Assembly: GCA_034723415.1 (NCBI GenBank)
Contig: JAYEOX010000055.1
Coordinates: 1-17,484 of the forward strand
Reading direction: 5' to 3'
DNA from: Fidelibacterota bacterium
GTDB taxonomy: Bacteria; Fidelibacterota; Fidelibacteria; Fidelibacterales; Fidelibacteraceae
DNA: 17,484 nucleotides
Shown: in pieces, positions 1 through 9,628 of the stretch
How the letters are laid out: each line of letters begins with the position of its first letter
Position numbering within the stretch: position 1 is the stretch's first letter
The notes under the pieces: generated by a model
The model's database searches: none
What the model saw: only the letters and a program-made list of their open reading frames with translations
Told to the model about the DNA's origin: nothing
Translations under genes and position numbers: made by a program

Positions 1-321
1 CCCATCAAAAATAAAATCTGTAGAAATATGAATTAATGGAATTGATAAGTTTCCCGAAATAATTGATAAATTTTTGGTTCCAAAAGAATTTATCTTTTTC
101 GCTAATTCAGATTCCTCTTCAGCTTTATCAACAGCCGTATAAGATGCACAATTAATAATTAAATTAATTTTATTTTTAGTTAGAAAATTTTCAATCATAT
201 TTTTATTTGTAATATCAAATTTATCAATATCAGTGAAAATAAAATTATTATCAGATAATTTCGAACTCACTTTTAGTTCATTCCCTAATTGACCATCTGC
301 TCCGGTAATTAAAATTTTCAC
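1..321 (-). CDS. rfbD: dTDP-4-dehydrorhamnose reductase (RmlD/RfbD), 5' part; runs off the left edge
   Basis: Not in the ORF track. Translated by hand from GTG at 321: MKILITGADGQLGNELK...DITN...IINCASYTAVDKAEEE...IHISTDFIFDG. It has the GxxGQLG Rossmann motif plus the NCAAYTAVDKAE-like and STDYVFDG-like RmlD signatures. Starts 4 nt after the GT2 stop. Confidence 0.95.
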   Translation of the reverse strand, partial: MKILITGADGQLGNELKVSSKLSDNNFIFTDIDKFDITNKNMIENFLTKNKINLIINCASYTAVDKAEEESELAKKINSFGTKNLSIISGNLSIPLIHISTDFIFDG

Positions 322-325
322 TTAA

Positions 326-1366
326 TTATTTCCAAATTTCTTTATAAGTTCTCTTATTAAATAAAAAATAATCTAATGCTACACTTTTGTGATAAAATAA
401 TCCATCTAACATTTTGTCTTTTACTTTTCTGTTTCTTTGCACTACTTTTCTTTTTTTCATTATCATTTTCCAATTTAGTATTAACCATTTGTAAGCATTA
501 AAAAGTGCTTTCATCAATTTTGTGTCCCAAGTCAGAAGTGCTTTTGCAAATGTTATTTTATCCAAACCAATTCGTATTGGTAAAATGTAAAACAGACGAT
601 GAGTTGAATAATTTTTTAACATCATAAAAATACTATTACGGTGATTTAAATATATTTTCTGAAAATTACCTTGTTTAAGTGTTCCACCACCAAAATGATA
701 AATTACAGAATCAGTACGGATCCGAATTTTTTTACCTTGTAATAAAATTCTCCAACATAAATCAATTTCTTCCATGTGCAAAAAGAAATCTTCATCTAAT
801 AATCCTGATTGTTCAAGCACTTCTTTTCGGATTGCAATTGCTGCTCCGGATGCCCAAAACAAATCAATATTATCATCATACTGCCCTTCGTCTTTTTCTA
901 TTTTATCCATTATTCTACCGCGTAAAAATGGATATCCAAAAATATCCATAAAACCACCGGAAGCTCCTGCATATTCAAAATAATTTCTATTTTTCATTTG
1001 AAGAATTTTTGGTTGGCAAGCAGCAATATTTCTATCCGATTCAAACTCTTCAATTATTGGTTCAAGCCAATCAGAAGTTACTTCAATATCGTTATTTAAT
1101 AATAATACAAACTCGCCATTTGCTTTTTTAATTCCAAAATTATTACCACCTGCATATCCAAGATTTTTACCTGTATCATATACTTTTACAGATGGATAAT
1201 TTTTTTCAACATAATCAATGCTATCATCGGTGGAATGATTATCAACCATAAGTATCTCATAATTTGAATATGTGGTTTTCAATAATGAATCAAAAAGCAC
1301 TTTTAAAAAATTTTTGCCATTATAATTAAGAATAATTATTGAGATTAACGGTTTAATCGATTTCAA
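326..1366 (-). CDS. Glycosyltransferase family 2 (GT-A fold; resembles WbbL-like/rhamnosyltransferase-type GT2)
   Basis: Motifs SIIILNYNG, VDNHSTD, NLGYAGGNN, LLNND (DxD-like), SGAA, FFLHMEEIDLCWR and HFGGGT. TTG start 7 nt after the DUF2723 stop. Sugar specificity is inferred from the adjacent rfbD only. Confidence 0.9.
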   Translation of the reverse strand: MKSIKPLISIIILNYNGKNFLKVLFDSLLKTTYSNYEILMVDNHSTDDSIDYVEKNYPSVKVYDTGKNLGYAGGNNFGIKKANGEFVLLLNNDIEVTSDWLEPIIEEFESDRNIAACQPKILQMKNRNYFEYAGASGGFMDIFGYPFLRGRIMDKIEKDEGQYDDNIDLFWASGAAIAIRKEVLEQSGLLDEDFFLHMEEIDLCWRILLQGKKIRIRTDSVIYHFGGGTLKQGNFQKIYLNHRNSIFMMLKNYSTHRLFYILPIRIGLDKITFAKALLTWDTKLMKALFNAYKWLILNWKMIMKKRKVVQRNRKVKDKMLDGLFYHKSVALDYFLFNKRTYKEIWK

Positions 1367-1373
1367 TTTATAC

Positions 1374-4049
1374 CTATCGGTTTTTACCCATTTCTTGTAT
1401 TACTTTATTCTTGAGCATCTTTGCCTGTGGATCATCAGGATTCTTTTGCAACCATTCATCGAGTAACATTAACGCTTTGTCGTATTGTTTTGACTCATTA
1501 TACAATTGATAGAGAAATCCGATCAATTGAGGATCTGTTGGGTTTTGCACATAAATTTTCTTTACAATTTCTTCTGCTTTATTATAATTACCGGCTTCCA
1601 TATAGTATAGTTGAGCAGCTCCCAGAATATCTCTCTTTGAAAGATTATCTCTTTTTACAAAATCATCCAATCTATTAGAGAGTTCTGTAGTATCACCCAT
1701 CATCCCGTATAATCTGCCAATTTCCAAATATAACGCTTTATGCTTTATCGGAATAATTTCTTCTGGAATTTTTTCTTCCATATAACTTAAAAGCGTTCTT
1801 GCTTTTTCATATTCATTATGTCTAATAAACTCCACAGTTGCTTGAATAAATCCTGTTCTATAATTTTGCATCAATCGGGTAGAATTAGGATTTAGATAAA
1901 CATCCGGATTGTTTAAATTACGAAAACGATAAACATTCCCAAAATCGCCCTCTTTTGATGAATTAGAATATTCAGGAATAAGATTGCTATAAATTTCTTC
2001 TTCATCTATGCGATCAACTTTTTTAGGATTCAATTTATAAACCAAACCTTCCATTGACAAATATTTATCTATGCCAATTCTATTATCATTTGAAACTGTC
2101 ACAGCAAAATAGACCGGCCTATCCCAGTTAGCACCATTTGCTATAATAAAGATCATCAAATCCTGTACTCTAATTCCATTATTCCCTAAAGTTGGTTCCA
2201 TCTTCCATCTTATCTCTTTTTCGGGATTTAATTTTTCAGGCACCGGGATTTTTACTTCTTGTGTTTCCCATGCACGCGGTCTTAATGTTTTTATCTGTTC
2301 ATCCGAAATTGGAATATTTATCTTCGGGTCATAATGTTTCATCTGCAAAATATACCAAGGTGTGTTTAATAAACTTAAATTTACAACTTTCACATCTGTT
2401 CTAACATTTTCAACCTCTTGTAAATACCAAAGTGGAAATGTGTCATTATCACCGTTAGTAAATAGTATTCCGTCTTTATCGCAAGAATTTAATAAATTAT
2501 ATGCATAATCAGATGCGACATAATTTCCCCATCTGGAATGTTCCTTAAAGTTTGCATTCAGTAAATTCAAAGGTAAAATAACAATTAATAATATTGTTAC
2601 ACCGATCATTAAGTATTTCTTTAACGAATCGTTCTTTATTTTTTTCTTAACTAATTCCAAAATAGAAGACGCACCTATCCCTATCCAAATGGCAAAAGTG
2701 AAAAACGAACCGACATACGAATAATCCCTTTCTCGCGGTTGCGGATCCGGCTGATTTAAATAGAGTACCACTGCTAAACCCATCATAAAAAACAGAGCAA
2801 GCACTGACAGGGCATTATTTTTGTCCTTAGCAAAATGATAAAACATACCTATCCATCCGATAATGAATGGTATCATCCACAGTTGTGTTGGGTCAACATT
2901 ATTTCCTTTTCTACCCATAAAATTCCAATTGAAATATCTAATGTACATTTTCTTTATTTGATAGTTCCAAAAATAATCTAATGAACTGGAATATTGACTT
3001 TTATGTTCCGATTCTTGCCACCGTTTTTCTCTACTCGCAGTATATTTTCCATACTGTTCTCTTTCTAAATATGATACAGCTTGTTTTACCGTTTCAGGAT
3101 TATTCTCATCAATATTAGGATTTTTTAAAGAACGAATAAATATTATTTGATATGAAGAATAACCAATTGTAATTAATGCTAATCCAAGCAAACTCATTTT
3201 GATCCACTTTCGTGTAAAGAGATTATTTTTGAATGATTGCCCTACCAAAAGATAAACTAAATAAATAACAATAAAAATTACAAAAAGGGCTAATGGAAAA
3301 GAAACAGCTGCCGGATTTATATTTATCATCCTTGCAATTTTGGGAGCACCTTTAATTATCCCAAGATAAATAATTAAAAATAATCCACCTGTAATTGCAG
3401 ATACACCCAAAAATGATTTCCATTCAAATTTTGAATGTTTAAAATAAATGATCAAAGCAATAAATGGTAATGTTAATAAATTCAATAAATGAATACTAAT
3501 TGCAACTCCTATTACATAAGCAATGATTAAAATATATCTCTCATTGTGAATATCTTTATTTTCATCTAATCTCCATTTTAAAATTAGCCAAACAACAAAT
3601 GCAACTAAAAATGTGCTGATAGAATAAACCTCAGCTTCTACTGCATTAAACCATTGACTATCTGTAAATGCAAAAGTCATAGCTCCAATAAATGCACCGC
3701 CATAATTTATTAATTTATCCGAAAATGTTTTTGTCTTGCCACGAAATTGTTCAACAAGCAAGACAATTATTAAATATAAAAATAAAATCGTTAAAGCACT
3801 GGAAATTACAGATATGAGATTCATTCTAAAAGCAATATCTTTACTGAACGGAATTAATGTAAATATCTTTCCTAACAGTAAAAATAAAGGAGCTCCCGGA
3901 GGATGAGGGACTTCTAACTTATAAGCACACGCAATAAATTCACCGCAATCCCAAAAGGAAACGGTTGGAGCTACCGTCATGAAATAGACAATAAAAGAAA
4001 TTGCAAAAACTATTGCACCGATTGAATAATTAACTTTATTTTTTATCAT
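1374..4049 (-). CDS. DUF2723 / TMEM260-like polytopic membrane glycosyltransferase (GT-C fold) with C-terminal TPR-like domain
   Basis: N-terminal WDCGEF...HPPGAPLF motif, AVEAEVY, many hydrophobic TM segments, RERDY, and NGDNDTFPLWYLQ. The C-terminus has TPR-like helical repeats (YNKAEEIVKKIYVQNPTD; YDKALMLLDEWLQKNPDD). Confidence 0.88.
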   Translation of the reverse strand: MIKNKVNYSIGAIVFAISFIVYFMTVAPTVSFWDCGEFIACAYKLEVPHPPGAPLFLLLGKIFTLIPFSKDIAFRMNLISVISSALTILFLYLIIVLLVEQFRGKTKTFSDKLINYGGAFIGAMTFAFTDSQWFNAVEAEVYSISTFLVAFVVWLILKWRLDENKDIHNERYILIIAYVIGVAISIHLLNLLTLPFIALIIYFKHSKFEWKSFLGVSAITGGLFLIIYLGIIKGAPKIARMININPAAVSFPLALFVIFIVIYLVYLLVGQSFKNNLFTRKWIKMSLLGLALITIGYSSYQIIFIRSLKNPNIDENNPETVKQAVSYLEREQYGKYTASREKRWQESEHKSQYSSSLDYFWNYQIKKMYIRYFNWNFMGRKGNNVDPTQLWMIPFIIGWIGMFYHFAKDKNNALSVLALFFMMGLAVVLYLNQPDPQPRERDYSYVGSFFTFAIWIGIGASSILELVKKKIKNDSLKKYLMIGVTILLIVILPLNLLNANFKEHSRWGNYVASDYAYNLLNSCDKDGILFTNGDNDTFPLWYLQEVENVRTDVKVVNLSLLNTPWYILQMKHYDPKINIPISDEQIKTLRPRAWETQEVKIPVPEKLNPEKEIRWKMEPTLGNNGIRVQDLMIFIIANGANWDRPVYFAVTVSNDNRIGIDKYLSMEGLVYKLNPKKVDRIDEEEIYSNLIPEYSNSSKEGDFGNVYRFRNLNNPDVYLNPNSTRLMQNYRTGFIQATVEFIRHNEYEKARTLLSYMEEKIPEEIIPIKHKALYLEIGRLYGMMGDTTELSNRLDDFVKRDNLSKRDILGAAQLYYMEAGNYNKAEEIVKKIYVQNPTDPQLIGFLYQLYNESKQYDKALMLLDEWLQKNPDDPQAKMLKNKVIQEMGKNR

Positions 4050-4093
4050 ATTTTCCCTTTTTTATATTTATTTAAAATCCTGTTTTCTTTATT

Positions 4094-6175
4094 TTATCCA
4101 ATAGCTACATAATTTAACTTATCTTTATTATTTTTCAAAAAGAATTCCTTAAAATCACCATTATTTTCATTGCTTAAATTAGGATCGTTTTTTATTATTG
4201 AAAATGCTGCTAAACGAGCTTCTCTGAGTATTTCTCCATCTTCTATTAGATTTGCTATTTTCAAGTCGATCAATCCATGTTGTTTTGCACTAAAAAATTC
4301 CCCCGGTCCTCTCAATTTCAAATCTGCCTCGGATATTTTAAAACCATCAATTGTCTCCTCTAATATACGTAACCTTTCGTTTCCTTGTTCCGTATCTTTT
4401 CTACTAACCAATATGCAATAGCTTTTTTCACTGCCCCGTCCAATTCTTCCACGCAATTGATGTAACTGCGACAATCCAAATCTCTCGGCATTTTCAATGA
4501 TCATTACAGTAGCATTTGGAATATCAACTCCAACCTCAATAACTGTTGTGCTTACCAAAATATCAGTTTCACCGGATTTATATTTATTGATCACTTCACT
4601 TTTTTCTAACTTTTTCAGTTTACTGTGAAGTAATGCTACTTTGTAACTGCTGAATATTTGTGAAATTTTCTCAAATCCCTTTTCAGCTGCTTGCAGATCC
4701 ATCTTTTCAGATTCACTAATTAGAGGATAAACAATAAAAACCTGTCTTCCGGAATTAATCTGTTTTTTAAGAAAGCCATAAACTTTTGGCAACTTTCTTT
4801 CTTTAACAACTCTTGTAACAACCGGTTTTCTTCCCTTTGGCATCTCGTCTATTATTGAAGTGTCCATATCTCCATAAATACTGATCGACATTGTGCGTGG
4901 AATTGGAGTTGCGGTCATTGTTAATACATGTGGATTTATTCCTTTTTGAATAAGTGTCATTCTCTGATCAACGCCAAATCGATGCTGCTCATCTATTATC
5001 ACCAATCCTAATTTTGAATATTTAACTTTTTCCTGTAATAGTGCATGTGTACCAACAATAATTGGAATTTTACCATCGGCAATTTTTGGAAGTATTTCAT
5101 CTCTTTGTTTTTTCGTCTGTTTACCGATCAATAATTCACAATTAATTCCCCACGGTTCAAAATACATTTTAAAATTATTGTAATGTTGTTTAGCAAGAAT
5201 TTCTGTCGGAGCCATTATTACTGTTTGAAAATTATTCTCAGTCATAATTGCTGCCGAAATTGCCGCAACAATTGTTTTTCCACTGCCTACATCACCTTGC
5301 AACAATCTGTTCATTGGCGTTTCTGATTTGAGATCATTGTAAATTTCTCTTGTAACTCGTTTTTGCGCATCTGTTAATTCAAACGGTAACTTATTATATA
5401 AGTTCGTAGTTAATTCTCCCACTCTTTTACATTGCGCTTGACATTTTTCGTTTTTTATTTGTCTTCGTTTAATTGCCAAAACCGATTGCAACATTAACAA
5501 TTCCTGAAATTTAAATCTGTATCTTGCTTTTTGTAAACTATCTTTGTCTTCAGGAAAATGGATTAATTTCAATCCTTTAAGTAGATCAATTAAATTGTAT
5601 TTATTTCTGATCTTTTGTGGGATCGGATCCGGAATATTACTTGTAATTTCTGTGAATAAATTCTTAAATATCTTACGAAATTGACGACTGTTCAATCCTT
5701 TTTTTCTCATATTTTCTGTCAATGCATAAACCGGAACAATAATTCCTGTAGATAAATTTCCCATTTTTGAATCTAGAAAATCAAAATCCGGATGAATAAT
5801 ATTTAATCCTTGATAGTAATTTATTTTTCCACTTACACTTATCAGATCACCGACTTTAAACATTTTTTTTATCCAATAAATGCCACCAAACCAATTTAAA
5901 GTTAAATAGCCATAATTATCTTTAATAAGAATTTTAAGAATAGATTTCCGTCTCGTTCTTGTTGTCCATATTCTTTCCACTTTCCCAACAACCGTACACT
6001 CTTCACCAACTATAAGCTGATTCATTTTTTTTACATTTGAACGATCTAAATATTTTCTTGGAAAATAATATAACAGATCTTCAGCAATAAATATTCCTAT
6101 ATTTTTCAAAGCTTCAGCTCGCACTTTTCCAATGTACGGAATACTCGTTATTTTATTTTGTAGATAATTTTTCAT
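4094..6175 (-). CDS. recG: ATP-dependent DNA helicase RecG
   Basis: LLQGDVGSGKT (Walker A), DEQHRFG, MTATPIPRT, TTVIEVGVD, QLHQLRGRIGRG and DLKLRGPGE (TRG motif), with an N-terminal wedge/OB domain; 693 aa. Confidence 0.98.
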   Translation of the reverse strand: MKNYLQNKITSIPYIGKVRAEALKNIGIFIAEDLLYYFPRKYLDRSNVKKMNQLIVGEECTVVGKVERIWTTRTRRKSILKILIKDNYGYLTLNWFGGIYWIKKMFKVGDLISVSGKINYYQGLNIIHPDFDFLDSKMGNLSTGIIVPVYALTENMRKKGLNSRQFRKIFKNLFTEITSNIPDPIPQKIRNKYNLIDLLKGLKLIHFPEDKDSLQKARYRFKFQELLMLQSVLAIKRRQIKNEKCQAQCKRVGELTTNLYNKLPFELTDAQKRVTREIYNDLKSETPMNRLLQGDVGSGKTIVAAISAAIMTENNFQTVIMAPTEILAKQHYNNFKMYFEPWGINCELLIGKQTKKQRDEILPKIADGKIPIIVGTHALLQEKVKYSKLGLVIIDEQHRFGVDQRMTLIQKGINPHVLTMTATPIPRTMSISIYGDMDTSIIDEMPKGRKPVVTRVVKERKLPKVYGFLKKQINSGRQVFIVYPLISESEKMDLQAAEKGFEKISQIFSSYKVALLHSKLKKLEKSEVINKYKSGETDILVSTTVIEVGVDIPNATVMIIENAERFGLSQLHQLRGRIGRGSEKSYCILVSRKDTEQGNERLRILEETIDGFKISEADLKLRGPGEFFSAKQHGLIDLKIANLIEDGEILREARLAAFSIIKNDPNLSNENNGDFKEFFLKNNKDKLNYVAIG

Positions 6176-6346
6176 TTTATTTGTGTTGTGAAAAATATAA
6201 AATCCATTTCATATTATAAATTAATAAATATGTGTGAATAATAAAAGATAAAAGAGAATGTATTATTTGAGAATTAAAGTTTTGTTATAAAAAATAAAAT
6301 TGGTAAGCTTGAACATTAAGTATCTTCAGACAAAATGCCTTTAATA

Positions 6347-7429
6347 CTACAACAAAAATATATTATTATCTTTACAAATTTTTCGAATCTCATCTGTCCA
6401 GATTGCAGAGTGGACTTCGCCGATATGAGCTTTTCTCATCATCAACATACATAAACGAGATTGACCAATTCCGCCACCAATACATAACGGCAATTCATCA
6501 TTTAAAAGTCGTTTATGAAAATATAGCTCTTTTTTCCACTCTTCATTTCTGATTTTTAATTGTTTCTGCAATGCCTTTTTATCAACACGAATTCCCATTG
6601 ATGATAGTTCCATAGATGTGTTCAACAGCTCATTCCAAATCAGAATATCGCCATTCAATCCGTGAAATCCTTTCGAATATTCTGTTGACCAATCATCATA
6701 ATCTGCTGCTCTACCATCGTGAGGTTTTCCACTTTTTAAATTTCCACCGATTCCAATTAAAAACACTGCTCCGTGTTCTTTACAAATTTTATGTTCTCTC
6801 TCTTCTGATGTCAATTCCGGATACTTCTCTTCAAGTTCTTCTGTTGTTATGAAAAATATATCTTTCGGAATAAAAGTTTTTGGTAAAGTTGAATATTTTT
6901 CGCAAATATATTTATCCGTTTCATAGATCACATTGTAAATCTTCTTTGCAATATCTCTCAAAAAATCGCCATTTCTTTCATCTTCAGAAATTATTCTTTC
7001 CCAATCCCATTGGTCAACATAGAGCGAATGAAATTTATCTAAATGTTCATCCGGACGAATGGCATTCATATTTGTGTAAAGTCCTTCGCCAATTTCAAAA
7101 TTGTAATCAGCAAGTGCCAATCTTTTCCACTTTGCAAGCGACTGAACAATTTCAGCTTTTTTATCATTCATCTCTAAAATTGGAAAATCTACAGGTCGCT
7201 CAATTCCATTCAAATGATCATTTATTCCTGTATCTTGCATTACCATTATTGGAGCGGAAACTCGTGATAAATTTAAAGATTTCGCTAAATTTTTTCTAAA
7301 ATATTCCTTAATAAAATCTATTGCATTTTCTGTCTCTTTCAAATTCAAAACCGAACTATAATTTTCAGGTATCCACATCTCATCATTGCTGAATTTGACC
7401 TTCTTTGAATCTTGATCTAACATTTTCAT
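6347..7429 (-). CDS. asnA: Aspartate--ammonia ligase (asparagine synthetase A)
   Basis: EIVQSLAKWKR, GLYTNMNAIRPDE, HSLYVDQWDWE, HDGRAADYDDW, ELSSMGIRV and IGGGIGQSRL are AsnA signatures. Confidence 0.97.
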   Translation of the reverse strand: MKMLDQDSKKVKFSNDEMWIPENYSSVLNLKETENAIDFIKEYFRKNLAKSLNLSRVSAPIMVMQDTGINDHLNGIERPVDFPILEMNDKKAEIVQSLAKWKRLALADYNFEIGEGLYTNMNAIRPDEHLDKFHSLYVDQWDWERIISEDERNGDFLRDIAKKIYNVIYETDKYICEKYSTLPKTFIPKDIFFITTEELEEKYPELTSEEREHKICKEHGAVFLIGIGGNLKSGKPHDGRAADYDDWSTEYSKGFHGLNGDILIWNELLNTSMELSSMGIRVDKKALQKQLKIRNEEWKKELYFHKRLLNDELPLCIGGGIGQSRLCMLMMRKAHIGEVHSAIWTDEIRKICKDNNIFLL

Positions 7430-7438
7430 ATTTATATT

Positions 7439-8251
7439 CTAAGTTTTAATTTCTTTTTGTTTATAGAAAATTAATATCAATCCAATAATTACCATGACAA
7501 TACTGAGTATTTGCCCCATTGTCATCCATTCAAAAAAGATAAATCCTAATTGCTTATCCGGTTGTCTAAAGAATTCCACAAATATCCTGGTGAGACCGTA
7601 TCCAATTAAAAAAGCTCCGGTTTTTGTTGCACCGCTTACTTTTTTACGGTGTAAGAAGATCATAATTCCGAATAATAAAATTCCCTCTAAGAGTGCTTCG
7701 TATAATTGCGATGGATGGCGAGGAATATTTCCACCTTCGGGGAAAATAATTGCCCAAGGAACATCTGTAGTTCTACCCCATAATTCTCCATTGATAAAAT
7801 TCCCTATTCGACCAAGAAACAGTGCAATTGGAGCAATAGTCATCGTAAATCCTGCTAAGGTTAGATAAGATATCTTATGTTTTCTTGTGAAGAAAATGCC
7901 TAAGATCAAACATCCTGCTAATCCACCGTGAAAAGACATACCGCCATGCCAAGTCATCAAAATTTCTATCGGATTATGAAAATAATATGAAAAATTATAG
8001 AACAGACAATATCCAATTCTGGCTCCAATTATCAATCCTAACATTAAGGTCATAAAAAAAGATTCAAATTGATCCATTGTCATTTTCAGCTGTTTTGTTT
8101 TGATCAAATATTTCATCCAATAATTGAAAATCAGAAATCCGAGAACATAAGCTAAAGCATAATAACGTATCTGAAACCCGCCAATTACAGGTAAAAACTC
8201 CGGTAGTTTAAAAATATATGGTTTTAAATTATGTGTCCAATAAAGCAACAT
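7439..8251 (-). CDS. lgt: Prolipoprotein diacylglyceryl transferase
   Basis: IRYYALAY, GARIGY, GGMSFHGG, GRIGNFINGELWGR, RHPSQLYE, EFFRQPD and MGQILS. GAGGA RBS upstream of the ATG. Confidence 0.98.
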   Translation of the reverse strand: MLLYWTHNLKPYIFKLPEFLPVIGGFQIRYYALAYVLGFLIFNYWMKYLIKTKQLKMTMDQFESFFMTLMLGLIIGARIGYCLFYNFSYYFHNPIEILMTWHGGMSFHGGLAGCLILGIFFTRKHKISYLTLAGFTMTIAPIALFLGRIGNFINGELWGRTTDVPWAIIFPEGGNIPRHPSQLYEALLEGILLFGIMIFLHRKKVSGATKTGAFLIGYGLTRIFVEFFRQPDKQLGFIFFEWMTMGQILSIVMVIIGLILIFYKQKEIKT

Positions 8252-8270
8252 ATAAAATCCTCTTACTAAT

Positions 8271-9434
8271 TTATTTTAAACAATTATTATAGATATTTTC
8301 AACATCGTTTTTGGTCATCTGCTTTGGACCGCTGATCTTACCAAACCGATTCCCGTTTATCTTCATTACTTCTTCTGTAAAAATATTTATTGCAGAATTT
8401 GGTATTCCAATATCATCAAAACTTATTTTTCTGTCAAGTGATCCTAACCAACTTTCCAAAGCAACTATTACTTCATCAGTTGTCTGAATAGAATTATCAA
8501 AAACAAATTTCCCAAAATCAATTATCTTTTCTGATTTTAATTCTGAAAAATATTTTAAATAACGCGGAAAGATCATTGCCAATCCACGACCGTGAGAAAT
8601 ATTGAAATGTCCGCTCAGCGGATGTTCTAAAGCATGCATTGGATATGGCCCTTCTCTACCAGAATCGTTAATATCGTTCAAAGCCATCACAGCTGACCAA
8701 GATAAAATTCCCCTTAATTCCAGATCATTAGGATTTTTAATTATTTTTGGCAATATTTCGACAACAGTTTTAACAATTGATAAAGAAATTCTATCATTTA
8801 AAGGAGCGTAATCTTTTGTAGTAAAATACGCTTCTATTGCATGAATAATAATATCAATCGCTCCATCAATTAAATAATCTTGTGGAACAGTCAAGGTTAA
8901 TTTTGGATCTATGATTGACAACTTTGGACGTGCAGAATAACAGATAAACGAAACCTTTTCTTTTGTTTTATCATTTGTAACAACTCCATAAGGATTGCCT
9001 TCTGATCCGGCAGCACTAATTGTAGGAATAGCAATAATTGGTAGCGATCTTTTTGTCGTTTTATTAATATGAACATAATTCCAAATTGATTTACCGTTTT
9101 CAGCTACAATTCCAATGCCTTTTGCTGTGTCTATCGCCGAACCGCCTCCAACTCCGATGATCGCATCAATTTCTTTTCCTTCTATAAATTTCGCTCCATT
9201 ATCTATTATTGAAACTGTTGGGTTTGGCTTTACTTTATCATAGATTGTAAATTTTACTTCTGAATTTTTCAAATTATTTTTTATTCTATCTAACAATCCT
9301 GTATTTTTTACACTACCCGGTGAACAAACAATAAGAACATTATTTGCAAATTTTTTAGTTTCCTTCCCAATGCGTTCAACAGCATCAGTTCCGAAAATAA
9401 ATTTAGTTGGTATATGTAAATTAAAATCTCTCAT
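8271..9434 (-). CDS. Iron-containing alcohol dehydrogenase (butanol dehydrogenase/YqhD-like family)
   Basis: VKPNP, GGGSAIDTAK, IPT, and the metal-ligand pattern D-x3-H (DIIIH) ... H (MHALEH) ... H (SHGRGLA). The AGGAG RBS lies 6 nt from the ATG at 9434, favouring it over the TTG at 9437. Confidence 0.92.
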   Translation of the reverse strand: MRDFNLHIPTKFIFGTDAVERIGKETKKFANNVLIVCSPGSVKNTGLLDRIKNNLKNSEVKFTIYDKVKPNPTVSIIDNGAKFIEGKEIDAIIGVGGGSAIDTAKGIGIVAENGKSIWNYVHINKTTKRSLPIIAIPTISAAGSEGNPYGVVTNDKTKEKVSFICYSARPKLSIIDPKLTLTVPQDYLIDGAIDIIIHAIEAYFTTKDYAPLNDRISLSIVKTVVEILPKIIKNPNDLELRGILSWSAVMALNDINDSGREGPYPMHALEHPLSGHFNISHGRGLAMIFPRYLKYFSELKSEKIIDFGKFVFDNSIQTTDEVIVALESWLGSLDRKISFDDIGIPNSAINIFTEEVMKINGNRFGKISGPKQMTKNDVENIYNNCLK

Positions 9435-9537
9435 CAAATTCTCCTGCTCAATAATACTAATTATTATTAATATATAAAATGAAAATTTTGAAATACATTA
9501 CTATTTTTGTCATAATATAAAAAAAATAATTTTTTGT

Positions 9538-9565
9538 TTGCGTTTATATTATTTTTTCGTAGATT
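9538..9565 (+). promoter_or_regulatory. Candidate sigma70 promoter for the histone gene
   Basis: TTGCGT (9538-9543), 16-nt spacer, TAGATT (9560-9565). The AT-rich context makes such matches common. Confidence 0.35.
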
Positions 9566-9616
9566 TCATTGTGTAGAGATAAAAATAGGAATGCATCGTA
9601 TAATTAAATTAACAAA

Positions 9617-9622
9617 AAGGAG
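9617..9622 (+). promoter_or_regulatory. Shine-Dalgarno site of the histone gene
   Basis: AAGGAG 6 nt upstream of the ATG at 9629. Confidence 0.85.
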
Positions 9623-9628
9623 AAAACG

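Noticed and set aside
679..8811. Short plus-strand ORFs within GT2, DUF2723, recG, asnA, lgt and Fe-ADH
   Set aside because: All are fully antisense to well-supported genes and have no recognisable protein features.
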